In this document: positions 11,334 to 25,891 of the stretch, one piece after another
Numbering within the stretch: position 1 is the first letter of the stretch
Layout of the letters: every line of letters starts with the position of its first letter
Origin: Neoconidiobolus thromboides FSU 785
Taxonomy: Eukaryota > Fungi > Entomophthoromycota
Reading direction: 5' to 3'
Assembly: GCA_025603075.1 (NCBI GenBank)
Contig: MU626301.1
Span: 62,001 to 126,000 of the forward strand
Length of the DNA stretch: 64,000 bases
Position numbers and translations under genes: made by a program
The notes under the pieces: generated by a model
Seen by the model: only the letters and a program-made list of their open reading frames with translations
Databases searched by the model: none
Told to the model about the DNA's origin: nothing

Positions 11334-11956
11334 TCTTTAATTTATGACTAGTTGAAGGTTATTTTGAATAAAAATTTACCAATTTTTAATTTATGTATTT
11401 AAGTGTTTGGTTGTCACTTTGTTTATCTTACAATTTGCAAATAGTGTTATAAAAGGTGTATTTATATCAATCAAATAAATTAATGGAGTAAAACAAATCG
11501 AAAATTTGAGTTAAAAGTAATAAATGTATTAAGAGTATGAATTTTATTTCCTTTTACTTATTTAATCTTTGAATATATAATTAAATACATTTTAATATAT
11601 TGTATTATTCTATTAGAATTTTTATCTTAGAACAAAAAGTAAACTAACTCTAATAGGCTAAAACGGAGTTAAACCAATAAAACCATAACAAAGTAAGCCA
11701 ATAAAATTATACAACGGTAACAGAACAAGGTGGCTTGAAAACATGTAAACTATTAAAAAAAGAGTTAAGAGTTAAGAACCAATTAAAGTTCAAGTTCTAC
11801 ATTACCACTATAATTAATATTAAAAAATAGCTCCATTATAAAAACTTTAAACTAGTTTTAACAACTTTTTATAATTTTTTATCTTTATAAAAAAAATTGA
11901 CTTATTTTTATCATTTATCTAAATTCAATTATTTTAATATTTAAAATTGATTAATT

Positions 11957-12888
<932 letters not shown>

Positions 12889-13260
12889 TTGTGAATATGA
12901 GATCTTAAAATGTGCATATTAATATTCAACTTTAATAAGAAAGAGTTTACCTAGAAATTTTATTTTGAAATTGAATTAAAAGGTGAAAAAAAGAATTAAA
13001 TTTTATTAGAATAATAATTATAGTTTATCAATTTCTATTAATATTATTTTATTTATTTTTGATATGTTATTATTAGTACTGATATTAACATATACTTTTT
13101 TGCTATATATAAGTTTTTAGCTTAATTTAAAGGTTTAAGAATAAAAAATAATTTGCTTATTTAAAACAAAAATTGGATGAAGTCACTTCTAGAAAATTCA
13201 TTCAAAATAGTTTATAAATATATAAACAAAAACTATTCAATATTATTTTTAACACAAAAA

Positions 13261-16200
13261 ATGAGAACTTTATTAACTAAACAAAACAAACTTATAACAC
13301 AAAGTATCAATAAAAAGAAACCAAGCATATTTGGTATTAATAGTATTGCTCTATTATCAACTATTAGAAGTAAAATTTATATTTTTAAATTCTTGATGTT
13401 ATTAATTTTATTTAATAGATTATAATTTGTTAAATCTTAATTATAAAGGTAATGTCATTTAATATCAAATGACATATAGTTTAAACTAATTTATTAATAG
13501 ATAATCTAAATTTAATAAAAAATGAAAAGATCAATTTACGCTATATTAGCAGTAAGCAATTTATTAAATTAATTATTATATTTCAACTCTATTTTAATAG
13601 TGGGCCCTCAGCAACCTCAACCTTTAGCAAAAGGGGAAGCTTTAAAAAACTATGTAAAATCATTATTGTGTTAAATTAATAAACTAATTGATTTTAGTCA
13701 GTAGATTTAACAGATCTAGCCATGCAAGGAAAGTTAGACCCAGTAATAGGAAGGGATGAAGAAATAAGAAGAGCTTTACAAGTGTAAGACTTAAAAAATC
13801 ATTATTCAATATGGGTTTAATGATCTCTACTAGTTTATCTCGAAGAACAAAAAATAATCCAGTTTTAGTTGGTGAAGCAGGGTAAATTAAAATAAGTTCG
13901 AAATTAATAGCTTATTTGTAATTCCTATAGTGTTGGTAAAACAGCTATCATTGAAGGTTTGGCACTTCGAATTGTTAATGGGGAGGTACCTGATTCGATG
14001 AAAAATAAAAGGGTCATTGCTTTAGACTTAAGTGTAAGTTTACTTTGCTTATTGTTAACATTCTATTAATAAATTAAATAGGCATTAATTGCAGGTGCTA
14101 AATTTAGGTAAATATTAATATTATAAATAAATAATTCAACTTTATCAATAATGAACAGAGGCGAATTTGAAGAAAGATTAAAAAGTGTATTAAAAGACGT
14201 AACGGAAAGCGAAGGCGAAATCATCCTTTTTATTGATGAGCTTCATACTTTACTTGGTTTAGGTAAAGGAGATGGGGCAATGGATGCTGCTAATATGTTA
14301 AAGGTAGTATTGATTTAATATTTTGATTTAACATAAACTAATAAAATCAAATAGCCAGCTTTAGCTAGAGGCACTTTACATTGCTGTGGTGCAACAACAT
14401 TAGATGAATATAGAAAAGTAAGCAAAGTTATAAAAATAGATCAAATTTTATTAGATAAAAAAAGTACATAGAAAAGGATCCAGCTTTAGCAAGAAGGTTC
14501 CAATCAGTTCTGGTAAACACAAATTTATAAAACATTAGTATTTTTGTTTGATATTTTATTTCCATTCAGGTTACTGAGCCAACTGTTGAGGACACTATTG
14601 CTATTTTAAGAGGGTGTAAGTGTTTTATTATAATAATCTAATAATAATATATTAATCATTGTTCAACAGTGAAAGACAAATACGAAGTACACCATGGAGT
14701 TCAAATTGCTGACACAGCTTTAATTTCAGCAGCTACCTATTCTCATAGATATGTTACTGATCGCTTTTTACCAGATAAGGTAAATTGTTAATAACAATAA
14801 GTGTGCTTAGTTAATTGTTGTATTAGGCCATCGACTTACTTGATGAAGCATGCTCTTCTTTACGTTTACAACAAGAAAGCAAACCCGAAGATATCGAAAC
14901 ATTAGACAGAGAAGTGATGAGAATACAAATTCAATTAGAATCCCTTAAAAAGGAAACGGATATTAATTCAAATGAAATAAGAGAAAAATTGGTTAAAGAA
15001 TTAAAAGAAAAAACAGATAGATCACGTAAATTAACTGAAGTTTGGCAAGAAGAAAAAGAGAGATTACATAAAATTAAAGATTTAAAAATGAGATTAGATA
15101 AAGCAAAAACAGAATTAGAAACAGCTGAAAGAGTAGCTAACTTAAGTCGAGCATCTGAGTTACGTTATGGTATTATACCTGAATTAGCATCTCAATTACC
15201 AAAAGAGGATAATGAAAATAATCAAAATGGATTTCTACACGAAAGAGTTACTTCAGATGATATAGCTAAAGTAGTATCTAAAGCAACTGGGATACCAATT
15301 CAAAATTTAGTTAAAGGAGAAAAAGAAAAATTAGTCAACATGGAAGAAATATTATCAAAAAGAGTTATTGGGCAACCAGAGGCAATTAAATCAATAGCTG
15401 AAGTAGTTAGGTAATAATATAATATAGTATACTATCGATACAAATTTAAATTTAATAAAGATAAATATAATGTTAATATAATTTTATAGATTAAATAGAT
15501 CTGGACTACAAGATGAGAATAAACCAATTGGCTCCTTTTTGTTTTTAGGACCAACAGGTGTAGGTAAAACAGAGTTATGTAAAACATTAGCCAAATTTTT
15601 ATTTGATAATGAAAATGCCTTGATTCGAGTTGATATGTCAGAATATATGGAAAAGTAAATTTATAATAATAATAATAATAATATACACTATAATATAACA
15701 TAAATTATTATTATTAGTAGTATTAATATTAATATAATCTTAGGTTCTCAGTATCTAGATTAATCGGTGCACCACCAGGTAATTTTACTTGATTATTTTA
15801 ATTTATAATATTAATTTAAAATAAGGTTATGTTGGATATGATCAAGGAGGAGAATTAACAGAAGCAGTTCGAAGAAGACCTTATTCAGTTATATTATTAG
15901 ATGAAATGGAAAAAGCACATAAAGATGTTTATAATTTATTATTACAAGTATTAGATGAAGGCCATTTGACCGATTCTCAAGGCAACAAAGTTGATTTTAG
16001 AAATAGTATTATTATTATGACTTCTAACTTAGGAGCTGAAGAATATAATAATACTATGGATACAAATACTGTTCACAATAACGTATTGAGTATTGTTAAA
16101 AGTTATTTTTCACCAGAATTTATAAATCGTATTGATGAAATGGTAATAATTTATTGATTTATTATATTACATATATTAATGTATTAATTTTAGATTATAT

Positions 16201-16623
16201 TTAACAAATTAGATTCCAATTGTATGAAAGAAATAGTAAATGTAAGGTTAAATGAAGTACAAATTAGATTAGACAAATTACGAATGAAATTAATATGCGA
16301 TGATGATGCTAAAAAATATTTAATTGAAAACGGTTATGATTTTAATTATGGTAATAATTTAATAGCATTTTAATAATATTTTAATAATAATATTTTAATA
16401 ATTTGTTTCATTTTTAATGTGCTATTTATTTATTATGTAATTTCTATTAGGTGCTCGTCCTTTAAATCGTCTCATTCAAAAATTAATACTTAATCCAATC
16501 GCTAAAATGATATTAGAAGGAACTTTAAAATACAAAGATACTATTTATTGTACTATTAAAGAGAATCAATTTATTATTGAGCACGATAATAGCAACGATA
16601 ACAATGACAATGGTAATAATTAA
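13261..16623 (+). CDS. HSP78: Mitochondrial ClpB-family disaggregase Hsp78 (many exons)
   Basis: Basic presequence, no ClpB N-domain; [68 protein letters not shown]. Confidence 0.9.
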
Positions 16624-16650
16624 ATGGTATTATTATTATATTTTATTGTT

Positions 16651-18619
16651 TTATTCTTCCTCTATTTGTTGTAATAAATTAAAATATTCAAGGTATAAGT
16701 TTTGAAATTGATTATTTTTGCCTTTAAAAACAAATATTAATATTTTTGATATAATATTAAATAACTTTACTTATTATTGGTAATACTCCTTTTAACAACT
16801 TTCGTTTATTTAATCCCTATAAATTATAGTTTAAGATAAAGAGTATACTTAATATATAAACAATATTACTAATATAAAAGGATTATAATCTTCAGTATTA
16901 AGTTGATTTAATTTAAACGGTGGTCCCAATAAAAAACTGAATAAATTTCTTAATTTAATTTCCATGTTATATTGGTTTAATTTATAGATTAGTTTAAATA
17001 AAGTATTTTGATAATCTTTAATACTTCCTAATACTTCGGATGATATTAGTTCATTCTATATTAAACAAGATGTTAACGAAATGTTAATAAATATGTAATA
17101 TATAATAATAATTACCTCTAAATGAGAAATAGTAATTAATTTTAAATTATTATTATCAATTGAATTCTCTTTAATTTTTTTTAATATATTTTTATCCATC
17201 TCTAATTTGATATTATTTTGAATATAAAAAAAAGAATTCAATTTTCCTTCCCTTTCATTTTTATTTTCTATTTCATTTTCATTGTTTTGTTGTATAACAT
17301 TAGGCAAACAAGCAAAATTTTCCGAATGAATAAATTGATTTTCCATTAATTTAATCCAACACATTAAATTATTATTAAATGTAAATAAATTACCGTCCTT
17401 TAATAATATAATTATTGAATTATTGTAAATAAATCCATTTTTAATTTCGTCTTTTTGTAATAGAGGTTGAACACTAATTCCACTTAATTTAACTATTTTT
17501 AATTTTAAATCCCTAAGAATAATTGAATAATGAAAAACGATTTAATATACTACTAATATCTTACCATAAATATAAAACACCCGATGATATAATACACATT
17601 AATAGATTATCTTTAATATCCATAAAACAAGTCATAAATCCTAAGTGCAAAGTAGGTAATACTCTAATAGAATATAAAATATTATTATTATATAATAATA
17701 ATTTAATAATAATTTAATAGTGATTTACTTTATGCCATCTATTGAATAAACAATTAAGTCACCATTATCACATCCAACTACAATATACTCTTTTGAATAT
17801 TTGATTATATTAATATTGTTAAATAAGATATCTTCCCATAATACTTCATTTCCTTTTTTACATGTTATATAAACATAATCTAATAAAAAATAAACATCAT
17901 TGTACAATTATTATTATATTATATTATATTATATTATATTATATTATATTATATCATTAATATTACCCTCTTCCATTTCCTTATTTTTACATTCAATTAA
18001 TAAAGAAGATTGATTTAAATTCAATTTAATTAATCGATTTATTGTTTTACTAGTTAATTGTAATTCCATTTTTTTACTTTGTAAAAAGGGATTAAATGGA
18101 TTTAAATAAATTATTTCTTTTTCCTATTAAAAATCAATATCAATTAATTAATTTTATATTATTATTATTATTGTTATTATATTATGTAATAAAATTACTT
18201 TATCATTATTATTCATATTGATAAAATTTCTTTTTATACTTTTTATCTTTTTATATTTTTCTATCCTTTCTTTTTCTATACTAGTTAAAAATAAGGTAGC
18301 ATCTTTTGAATTAAATTCTATTATTTCCTTTGTTTCTTTATTTTCTTTTTCATTGAATTTTAAATTATTTTCTACTATATTGTTTGTTTCTTTATTTTCT
18401 TTTAAATTCATTATACTTGATCCACTAATATAATCAATTATTTTATTATTTATTATTTATCATTACCATTATTATTAAACTTACATATTCCCTACAAAGG
18501 TAGGTTGTACTCGTTTTTTGTTGTTTTTTATTGTTGTTATTTGTGAATTATTATTATTATTGCCATTTATTATAGCTGTGGTTGTATTATTTGATATAGT
18601 TGTAGTGGGACTATTTATT

Positions 18620-18701
<82 letters not shown>

Positions 18702-20513
18702 GTTGTTTAAGAATATCAATATTACTGTTATCAATGTTAACTTTTGATTCAATATTTAATAGTTGATGAGATGACGGTAATAAAATATCTTCTTTTTTCA
18801 TATAATCATCTTTTTCATTTTCCTGTTTATTATAAATATTATATTTAATATTAATGTCTATTATTGCTATATTTTATACTTTAACTTACATTATTAATTG
18901 GTACTCCCAATTCTTTTTCATTAAATATAAAAAAACAAATGGTACCATCATCTGAACAAGCTACTAATTTATAACCATCAGAGCTCCTAAATAAAATATT
19001 TGATATTATTGTATGATATATTATTTAATCATTACCAACTAAGATCTTTAATACTAGCAGTAGTGACAGTCATAGTAGCTACTAAAGGCCTTGAAGAAAT
19101 ATTGGACCATATAGTAATTGTTTGATCTTGTCCTGCTAATGCGCAATAACATATCTTTACTTCTGTTTTATCAATTTTAAAATTTCTTGGATTAAATAAC
19201 TATTGATTTATCATCATTATTGTGTATTTTTATAATATTATTATTGTTTAAACTTACAGATACTTCAATTGCCCTTGTATGTCCTGAAAATATGATTCCT
19301 TCTTTAAAATCTTCCCTTTTTAATAAGGCTACTACTGGTGAATCATTACACATTATATTCGACGTACATAAATGAGATCCATTTGGTGTCCAACTTTAAT
19401 AATAATAATAATAATTATTATTATTATTATTTATAAGTTATTATGGTAATATTTAATTTACCTTAATCTTTGAAAGAAACTACCTTGCTTTTTTTTGGTT
19501 TGAAAATCTCTAGTTGCTTTAACTTTCCAATCATTAATTTGCCAAATAGTAACTCTTTGATCATCGGACTAAATATAAGTGTTAAATGAAAAATTCTTAA
19601 TAAATAACAATTCGTTCTTACTTGAGCAGCTAAATACTCATTTAAAGGATCAAAAGCAATACCTTTTACCGGCGTTTGTAGTGAAATAACTTTAAAATTT
19701 TCTGTATGAATTTTCAATTTAAATTAATATTTTTAATAAATATTCAAAAATTTTACCAAAGTTTTTCCATATAATTATAGTTGAATCCATACTACAAGAT
19801 ACTAAATATTGATTATCTTTTGACCATGCAAGTCCCATAATATCTAATTAAAGTCACTTTTAAATTTTGAGCTTATATTTATATTTATATCTACCTAAAT
19901 GATGACCAGCTAACCTTCTAATAACTTTCCAATTTTCAATATTATTATTTTCTTCACCAAATGTTTGCATTGACATTGTATTTCTAATATTTAATAAACA
20001 ATTAATATGAACAGAAATTATCTATATCATTTACTCTTTTTCTTTTTCCCAAATCAATATAATTTTATCATCTGCCCCAGAGGCTAAATATTTACCTCCT
20101 TTGTTACTCCATCTTACACAATTAACTGATCCTGTTTCATTAATTTTTTTACTAAATATTATGCTATTGATTATTTCAGTTTGTTTACCTTCATGTCGAA
20201 GTAAAGTAGCTAACAATTTATCTTTATCCTCTGTATTATTATTTGATTCTATATTTTCAATGTCCCAAATATTGATTTTTCGATCTTAGTATTAAATTAA
20301 TACTAATACTTTTAAGTTTGTATTTAATTTACCATAACCTCCAGTAGCTAATCTTTTACCGTCTGGATGTATATCAATGGAACATATCGCACTTGGAAAT
20401 GAACTATTTGAATCTAATAATTAGATAATTTTAAAACTTAATTGTATTTTTATTGTCATAAATTTATCATAATTACTAGAATGAGCAATTGAGTTTGGAT
20501 ATATTATTTTCAT
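16651..20513 (-). CDS. HIR1: HIRA/Hir1 histone chaperone (WD40 + B domain + C-terminal domain)
   Basis: [54 protein letters not shown]-domain-like [17 protein letters not shown]-terminal LLGPP...[13 protein letters not shown]. Internal exon boundaries are approximate. Confidence 0.85.
17916..17954. repeat. (ATATT)n microsatellite in a HIR1 intron
   Basis: Seven ATATT units plus ATAT, lying between a minus-strand GTAATA donor and a TAG acceptor. Confidence 0.9.
18622..18699. repeat. (AAT)26 microsatellite encoding poly-Asn in Hir1
   Basis: 78 nt of perfect ATT repeat; the minus frame gives LKQL-N26-TINSP. Confidence 0.95.
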
Positions 20514-20727
20514 CAAAAAGGTATTTAAAAAGATTAAAAAGGAATCAAATTTTTTAATTAAATTATACAATTTTTATTTTAATAGACTATTAAATGTGAC
20601 GTTTTTATTTTATTTTTTATTCTATTAATTTTTAAACTTAAAAATTGAACAAAAATGCGAAATCAAAGTTAATAAAATAAGAATAAAATAAGAACAATAA
20701 GTATGTTAAAATTAATAATTATTTTAT

Positions 20728-21138
20728 TTAATATTTCTTCTTATTATTAGTTTGATATTTAGTAGAAACAATATCAATATATTTTGTTAATTCAGAAGTA
20801 ATACTATCTCCCATATATTCTTCTTTAAGTTGACCAGTTTGATAAACATTAATAGTAGGGAAACCAACAATTTTATTCTTTTTACAAAGATCAGGTAATG
20901 CTTTACAATCAACTGTAGCAAAATGAAAACCTCGATCTTTACCATCTTTTGCTTTGGCTTCAGTACTTTCCTTCCATGGCCCTAACATCATTTTGGAATA
21001 CTTACATGTTGGTGAATAATACATTATTAACCAATTACCACTACCTACTTCCTTATCAAAATTCTCACTTGTTAAAGTCAATTGATGAGCGGATATAATA
21101 GATAATAATGATAATGTAAAAGTATTAAATAATTTCAT
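20728..21138 (-). CDS. Signal-peptide-bearing single-domain thioredoxin/PDI-like protein with a CxxS motif
   Basis: Hydrophobic N-terminus (LSLLSIISA), LTSENFDKEV, WLIMYYSPTCKYS, FATVDC...LC..KIVGFPTINVY (cis-Pro loop); intronless. Confidence 0.75.
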   Translation of the reverse strand: MKLFNTFTLSLLSIISAHQLTLTSENFDKEVGSGNWLIMYYSPTCKYSKMMLGPWKESTEAKAKDGKDRGFHFATVDCKALPDLCKKNKIVGFPTINVYQTGQLKEEYMGDSITSELTKYIDIVSTKYQTNNKKKY

Positions 21139-22180
21139 TGTTGTTGAGTTATAATATTAATTTTAATATGTTAATTGAAATAGCACTGCTTTTTTCCTAT
21201 TATTTATAAGTTTATATTTTTATTTTAAATTTAGTTTGACCTTGTTTTTATACTATTTTAAAGTCATTAATTTAATTTTAATAGTTACCCGATTAATTTG
21301 ATTTATAAATAAATTTAAATCCTCATCTTTTTTATTTATTCATATTAATTTAAAAGTAATACCAACTAAAACTATATTATTAATAAAGACACATAATATC
21401 TAATAGCTAGACCTTAAAAAAATTAACTCACTTTTAAATTAAATGCTAGATAAATTACTTAATAAGTAAATTCTCTTAACTTTGTAATTTTTATTTAGTT
21501 CCGCTTAAAGAGCCCTCATTTAATGAATAAAATTAATATTTTTTATTTTAAAGGTTTTAAACTTATTAACTAGGATTATTATTTGATTAAACAATAAATT
21601 AATATATTAAACTTATCCTCTAATTCATTTTTTATTTTTGAATATTATCTATTTATCTATTTATAAATATTTTAGTTAATACCATGTCTTTACTTTGTTT
21701 AAAAGTGGGATTTTTATAAATTTTTAAAGCAAAAAAGTAATATTTTCATAGTTTAAATCACTTTTGTACATATATAATTATTAAAGCTGTTAACCTAGTC
21801 AATACATTAGATTACTTACTCAAAAATGAATAAAAAATACAAAAAAGAATATTAATCTTAAGTTATATAATTTACTAAGGGTGTCGTAATGAGATATTAT
21901 TTAAAAGTAAACATTAAACTAAAGTAAATAAAATTTGATTATTTTATTTCATCAATCTTTAATTTTATAAACCTTTATAAGAGTTATGAGATTACTAGGA
22001 GTAGTTTATCAAAATAAAGAAATGAAATTAATGAAAAGATAGACTAATATTTTTTTAAGTTTTTCTAATTCCTTAACAATATTATACCTTTATTCCGTTC
22101 CGACTAAATACTTTGGTATATAATATCTATTAATATCTTCATTATTAATTATCTTTTCAAGTATGTATGTAAAATAATAT

Positions 22181-22281
22181 ATGAGGATGTATTTTTTATT
22201 TAAGAATTTTACTAATAAACTTTCTATTCAAATAGCGTTTAAGAAGTGGAAAAGTAGTGAAAGCAAAAAAAACATCCCCAT
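22181..22281 (+). mobile_element. MITE-like repeat copy
   Basis: atgaggatgtattttttatttaagaattttactaat...aaaaaaaacatccccat. Confidence 0.85.
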
Positions 22282-22482
22282 GTTGTATTTATATACTCTC
22301 TATCTTCCTTTTGCTCAAGCATAGGTGTTCTGATATAATTTTCAAATACTGCTAATTCTAACTTGTTGCCTAAACCAAATGATTTATCCTAACTTTTGCT
22401 TATTTTATGTAGATAATTACAAAATTCCATTACTTAACACATTATCTTACAGTTATTGAGTATCACATATCATTCCCCAATA

Positions 22483-22583
22483 GTGGGAGTGTTTTTTTGG
22501 CTTCATTACTTTTTCTATCTTTTAAGCACTATTTGAGCGGAAAAGTTATCAGCAAAATTCTTAAACACAAAAATACATCCCTA
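22483..22583 (-). mobile_element. MITE-like repeat copy, inverted relative to the 22181 copy
   Basis: gtgggagtgtttttttggcttcattac...aaaattcttaaacacaaaaatacatccct is the reverse complement of the consensus. Confidence 0.85.
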
Positions 22584-23177
22584 GTATTAATTTTATCTCC
22601 ATTTATATCTAAGTTAATAATAGCTATAAACTTTTTAGTTTTTAAATAATATTTATACCCTTTTATTACAATATTATCGTCTCCTTACATTATTGTAATT
22701 ATGATATGAACTTATTCTTTTTTAATTAAGGTTTGGTATTTGTAGTATAAAAGTATTTATAGTAAATTTAAAACAATAAAAGGTAAGAGGCTTATGAAAA
22801 CAATTACTTTTGTTTACTTGATAATACCAATTATAAATCAAAACATTTTGAAAACACTTTTGAATTAGATTATTGGCATTAAATTAGTTGATATTTACTT
22901 TATATTAAGCAAATCAATATTATCATAATATTTAATAAAATATTAAAATTATACAAGTAGATTTTATCTATATTAAATAAAAATAACAAAATTAACTTTT
23001 AATACCCTTAAACAAACTATAATAGTTAAATAAATTTTTATCAGCAGTATTTATTTAAATAAATTTTTAGCAGCCATAATACAATCCAGCTCATTGCTAT
23101 TAATTCAAAATTAATATGCAAAAAATAATTCAATAAGTAATTACCAATGTTACTTTTCAATTAGTCAGTTGAATAAA

Positions 23178-24937
23178 CTATTTCCCATTTCTGATTCCAA
23201 GTATAGCACTTGCTTCTTCCTTTACATACGCATGTGCACTTTCAGTAATTACCATCATTTTTTTTTCTCTATTAGCCCATAATACACCTCCATAACTTTT
23301 AGCAATTTCATAAACAGCAATAAAATCTTGAGGGCGGGCAAATCCCTTCCATAATTTACCAGAACTTGAATGTACTCGATTCTTTTCAATTTCCCATAAC
23401 TTTATTTGATCTACAACTGTCAATGGAAGGATTGGGTTTTCTTTTCTCATTATTGGATGTGCATGTGATTCTAAATAATGGATAATTTGATCAGCAGTAA
23501 TTCCATGACTGAAAGCTTTACGTACAGAATCACGATCCAAATAACCAGCTACCATATTCTCATATCTGTTTTTAAGTCCCATAAATAAGTTTAAAATAGC
23601 AACTTGAAGTTGTGATTTGGTGTAAGCATAAATTCTATAATTTGTTTCTACTATCAAGGTACCAGGTTGGCCACTTAAAATATTTAATTCATCTTTAAGC
23701 TCATCAGGTGCTTCTAAAGGTGAATCGCCTTTGCGTAGAGTGCTATCTAGCCCCCCAGACATCAATGAAGTTGCCATAAGAGTAGGATAAAACATTTTTG
23801 GATCTTCTTCATTTTGATATATCACACCATATTTTGAAAGATCATGTAGCATCTTTCGTTGTGCTGGATTTAATGCTGAAATTAAGTAGCCTTTACCAAA
23901 TTCTAATGATGCCAATAAGAAATAAAATTGAAGCACTTCAACTTGTTCAATTTTACGTTCTCCCCTTTCTTCACTACTAACCATTGAAAGATATTGAAGC
24001 AAAAATATCCAAGTTTGTGCAACTACATCTTTTAAAAGGAATTGAAACCCACGATTTGTAATTTTCGTATCTCCTTCTCTGTAAAATATTAATATAATTT
24101 AAATGATTAAATGTATTATCCAACTTTTTTGACATTAAACCAGAATTACGTAGAAGGTTAACTACTTTTGGAGAAACGGGTTCACCATCTCTAGATCCCA
24201 CCATATAATGTAAAATAGCCTTAATAAAATATTAATTGGGCCAAATTCACAAATCAAAATATACCTCTCTACTTTTTTCTGCAAATCTATCTAATATCTC
24301 AATAGAAGGCTTTATCTTATCATTCAAATTTGATGATTTACCAAAGCTTGAGTCGCTACACCTTTAAATTGTAAATTAACATAAATCTGGAATTTAATCT
24401 TAGCTTACCCACCACATAAAGCATTCTTGAAAGAGCTCCTAAATATGCGGTTCATGTGAATATATTTTTTATCGTTATCTCTTTGTTCTTTTGAATCGCC
24501 TGGCTTTGATTTTGATTTAATCAAGATTTTCAATTTCGCTGCATTTTTAAGAGCAATTTGAACCTCACTATAAATTTAGTTTAAATATTAAAATTTATAG
24601 TTATTTACCCAGCTGCTTTAAGGTGAAACCAAGAAAAAACAGTGGTGATTTCAACTTGATCTTCAGAAAATAGTAGAGACATAACTAGTTGTTTAGCTAG
24701 AGGTGTTAATAATCTATTTTAAAAGGATTAATTGTTTACAAGGCAAATAAGTTAAATTTGCTACCTATAAATAGCCAAACAAGAAGATGGCTCTTTAAAT
24801 AATTTACTAAAAGTACGAGAGTTAAGCGAAAATAAATAGCTTTGAATATTGTCATGAAGCTCGTTATATCTCATAGTTGAACTACGTTCCTTCCTTTTTA
24901 AATTTCCGTTAGTTGAATCCCTGGCTTCTACTGACAT
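23178..24937 (-). CDS. TFB2: TFIIH subunit Tfb2/p52
   Basis: KLFKEPSSCLAIYRLLTPLAKQLVMSLLF, IVETNYRIYAYT, AFSHGITADQIIHYLESHAHP, LPLTVVDQIKLWEIEKNR. Confidence 0.92.
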
Positions 24938-25388
24938 TTTTGAATTTTCTTTAATTGATTAAAAAAAGTACATTTGCTTTTTTAGATTTAACCATTTTTT
25001 GAAATTATTAGATTTTATAAAGATTCTGATTTTATATTAATAACTGCGATTTTTAGCTAAAAAATAGAGCTGTTATTGGTTGCAACGGTATGTAGTCTTA
25101 TAATGAGAAAAAACATTAGCATTAAAAATATTTTGGCATTACTATTATATACTCTTACCAGTTTTTAAAGTTATAAATTGTTTCAGTCTATTGAGTTATT
25201 ATAAAAGGTTCATATAATTTGTATAATAATTAAAAAGTTCAATATTATTATTTTTAGTATATATAGTATTAATATGAATAGTAAACGATATTATGGTAAA
25301 AAACTATAAATTTAAATAATAAAAGATTATTGTTATTTAATAAAAGTTAAAGTAGAATAAGCTATACTAATAATCAATAGGTGCCAAT

Positions 25389-25754
25389 CTAAACTGTACT
25401 GGTTTAGGTACACTTTTTGAATGATTTTTTTGATTAATAAAAATGCGTTTTGTGACTGTAATTAAATGCTTAAATAGAAAAAAGGCAAACAATTTTTATG
25501 ACACTCTTTATTGCTAGTTTTTATTTTGTTTCTTTCAAATTACTTAGATAAAGCCATCACAATTTAAAATGCTACGTGTCTCAATTTATATTATTTCCAA
25601 CGTCAGAGTCTCAGTTACCCTGTTAAATAAAAACATAGTAATGCTATTTCAAGTTCAAGTTTTCTCTTTATTTTAATAGTAATGTATTTGAATTTGCTGC
25701 CTTATGCTGTAGCAATGACAGATTAAAAAGTGTACCAAAACTGGTACAGTTGAG
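25389..25754. repeat. 366-bp segment bounded by ~30-bp imperfect inverted repeats (possible second non-autonomous DNA element)
   Basis: The left arm ctaaactgtactggtttaggtacacttttt (25389-25418) matches the reverse complement of the right arm (25725-25754), ctcaactgtaccagttttggtacacttttt, at 26/30. Confidence 0.6.
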
Positions 25755-25891
25755 CATATAACATCCATTAAAATAAATAAATAAATAATCTGATATGCTA
25801 AAAATACATTTTTATTAAATAATTTAGAAAAATAATTAAAAATATGTGTTAATCAATAGTACTAATACTCAACAAGAGCTCAGAATCAACG

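Noticed and set aside
11640-11840. Short hydrophobic reading frames on - between ARPC4 and YPT6
   Set aside because: Under 35 codons, with no convincing start or splice structure and no recognisable family.
18518-18766. Poly-Leu ORF on +
   Set aside because: Antisense shadow of the (AAT)26 poly-Asn tract in HIR1.
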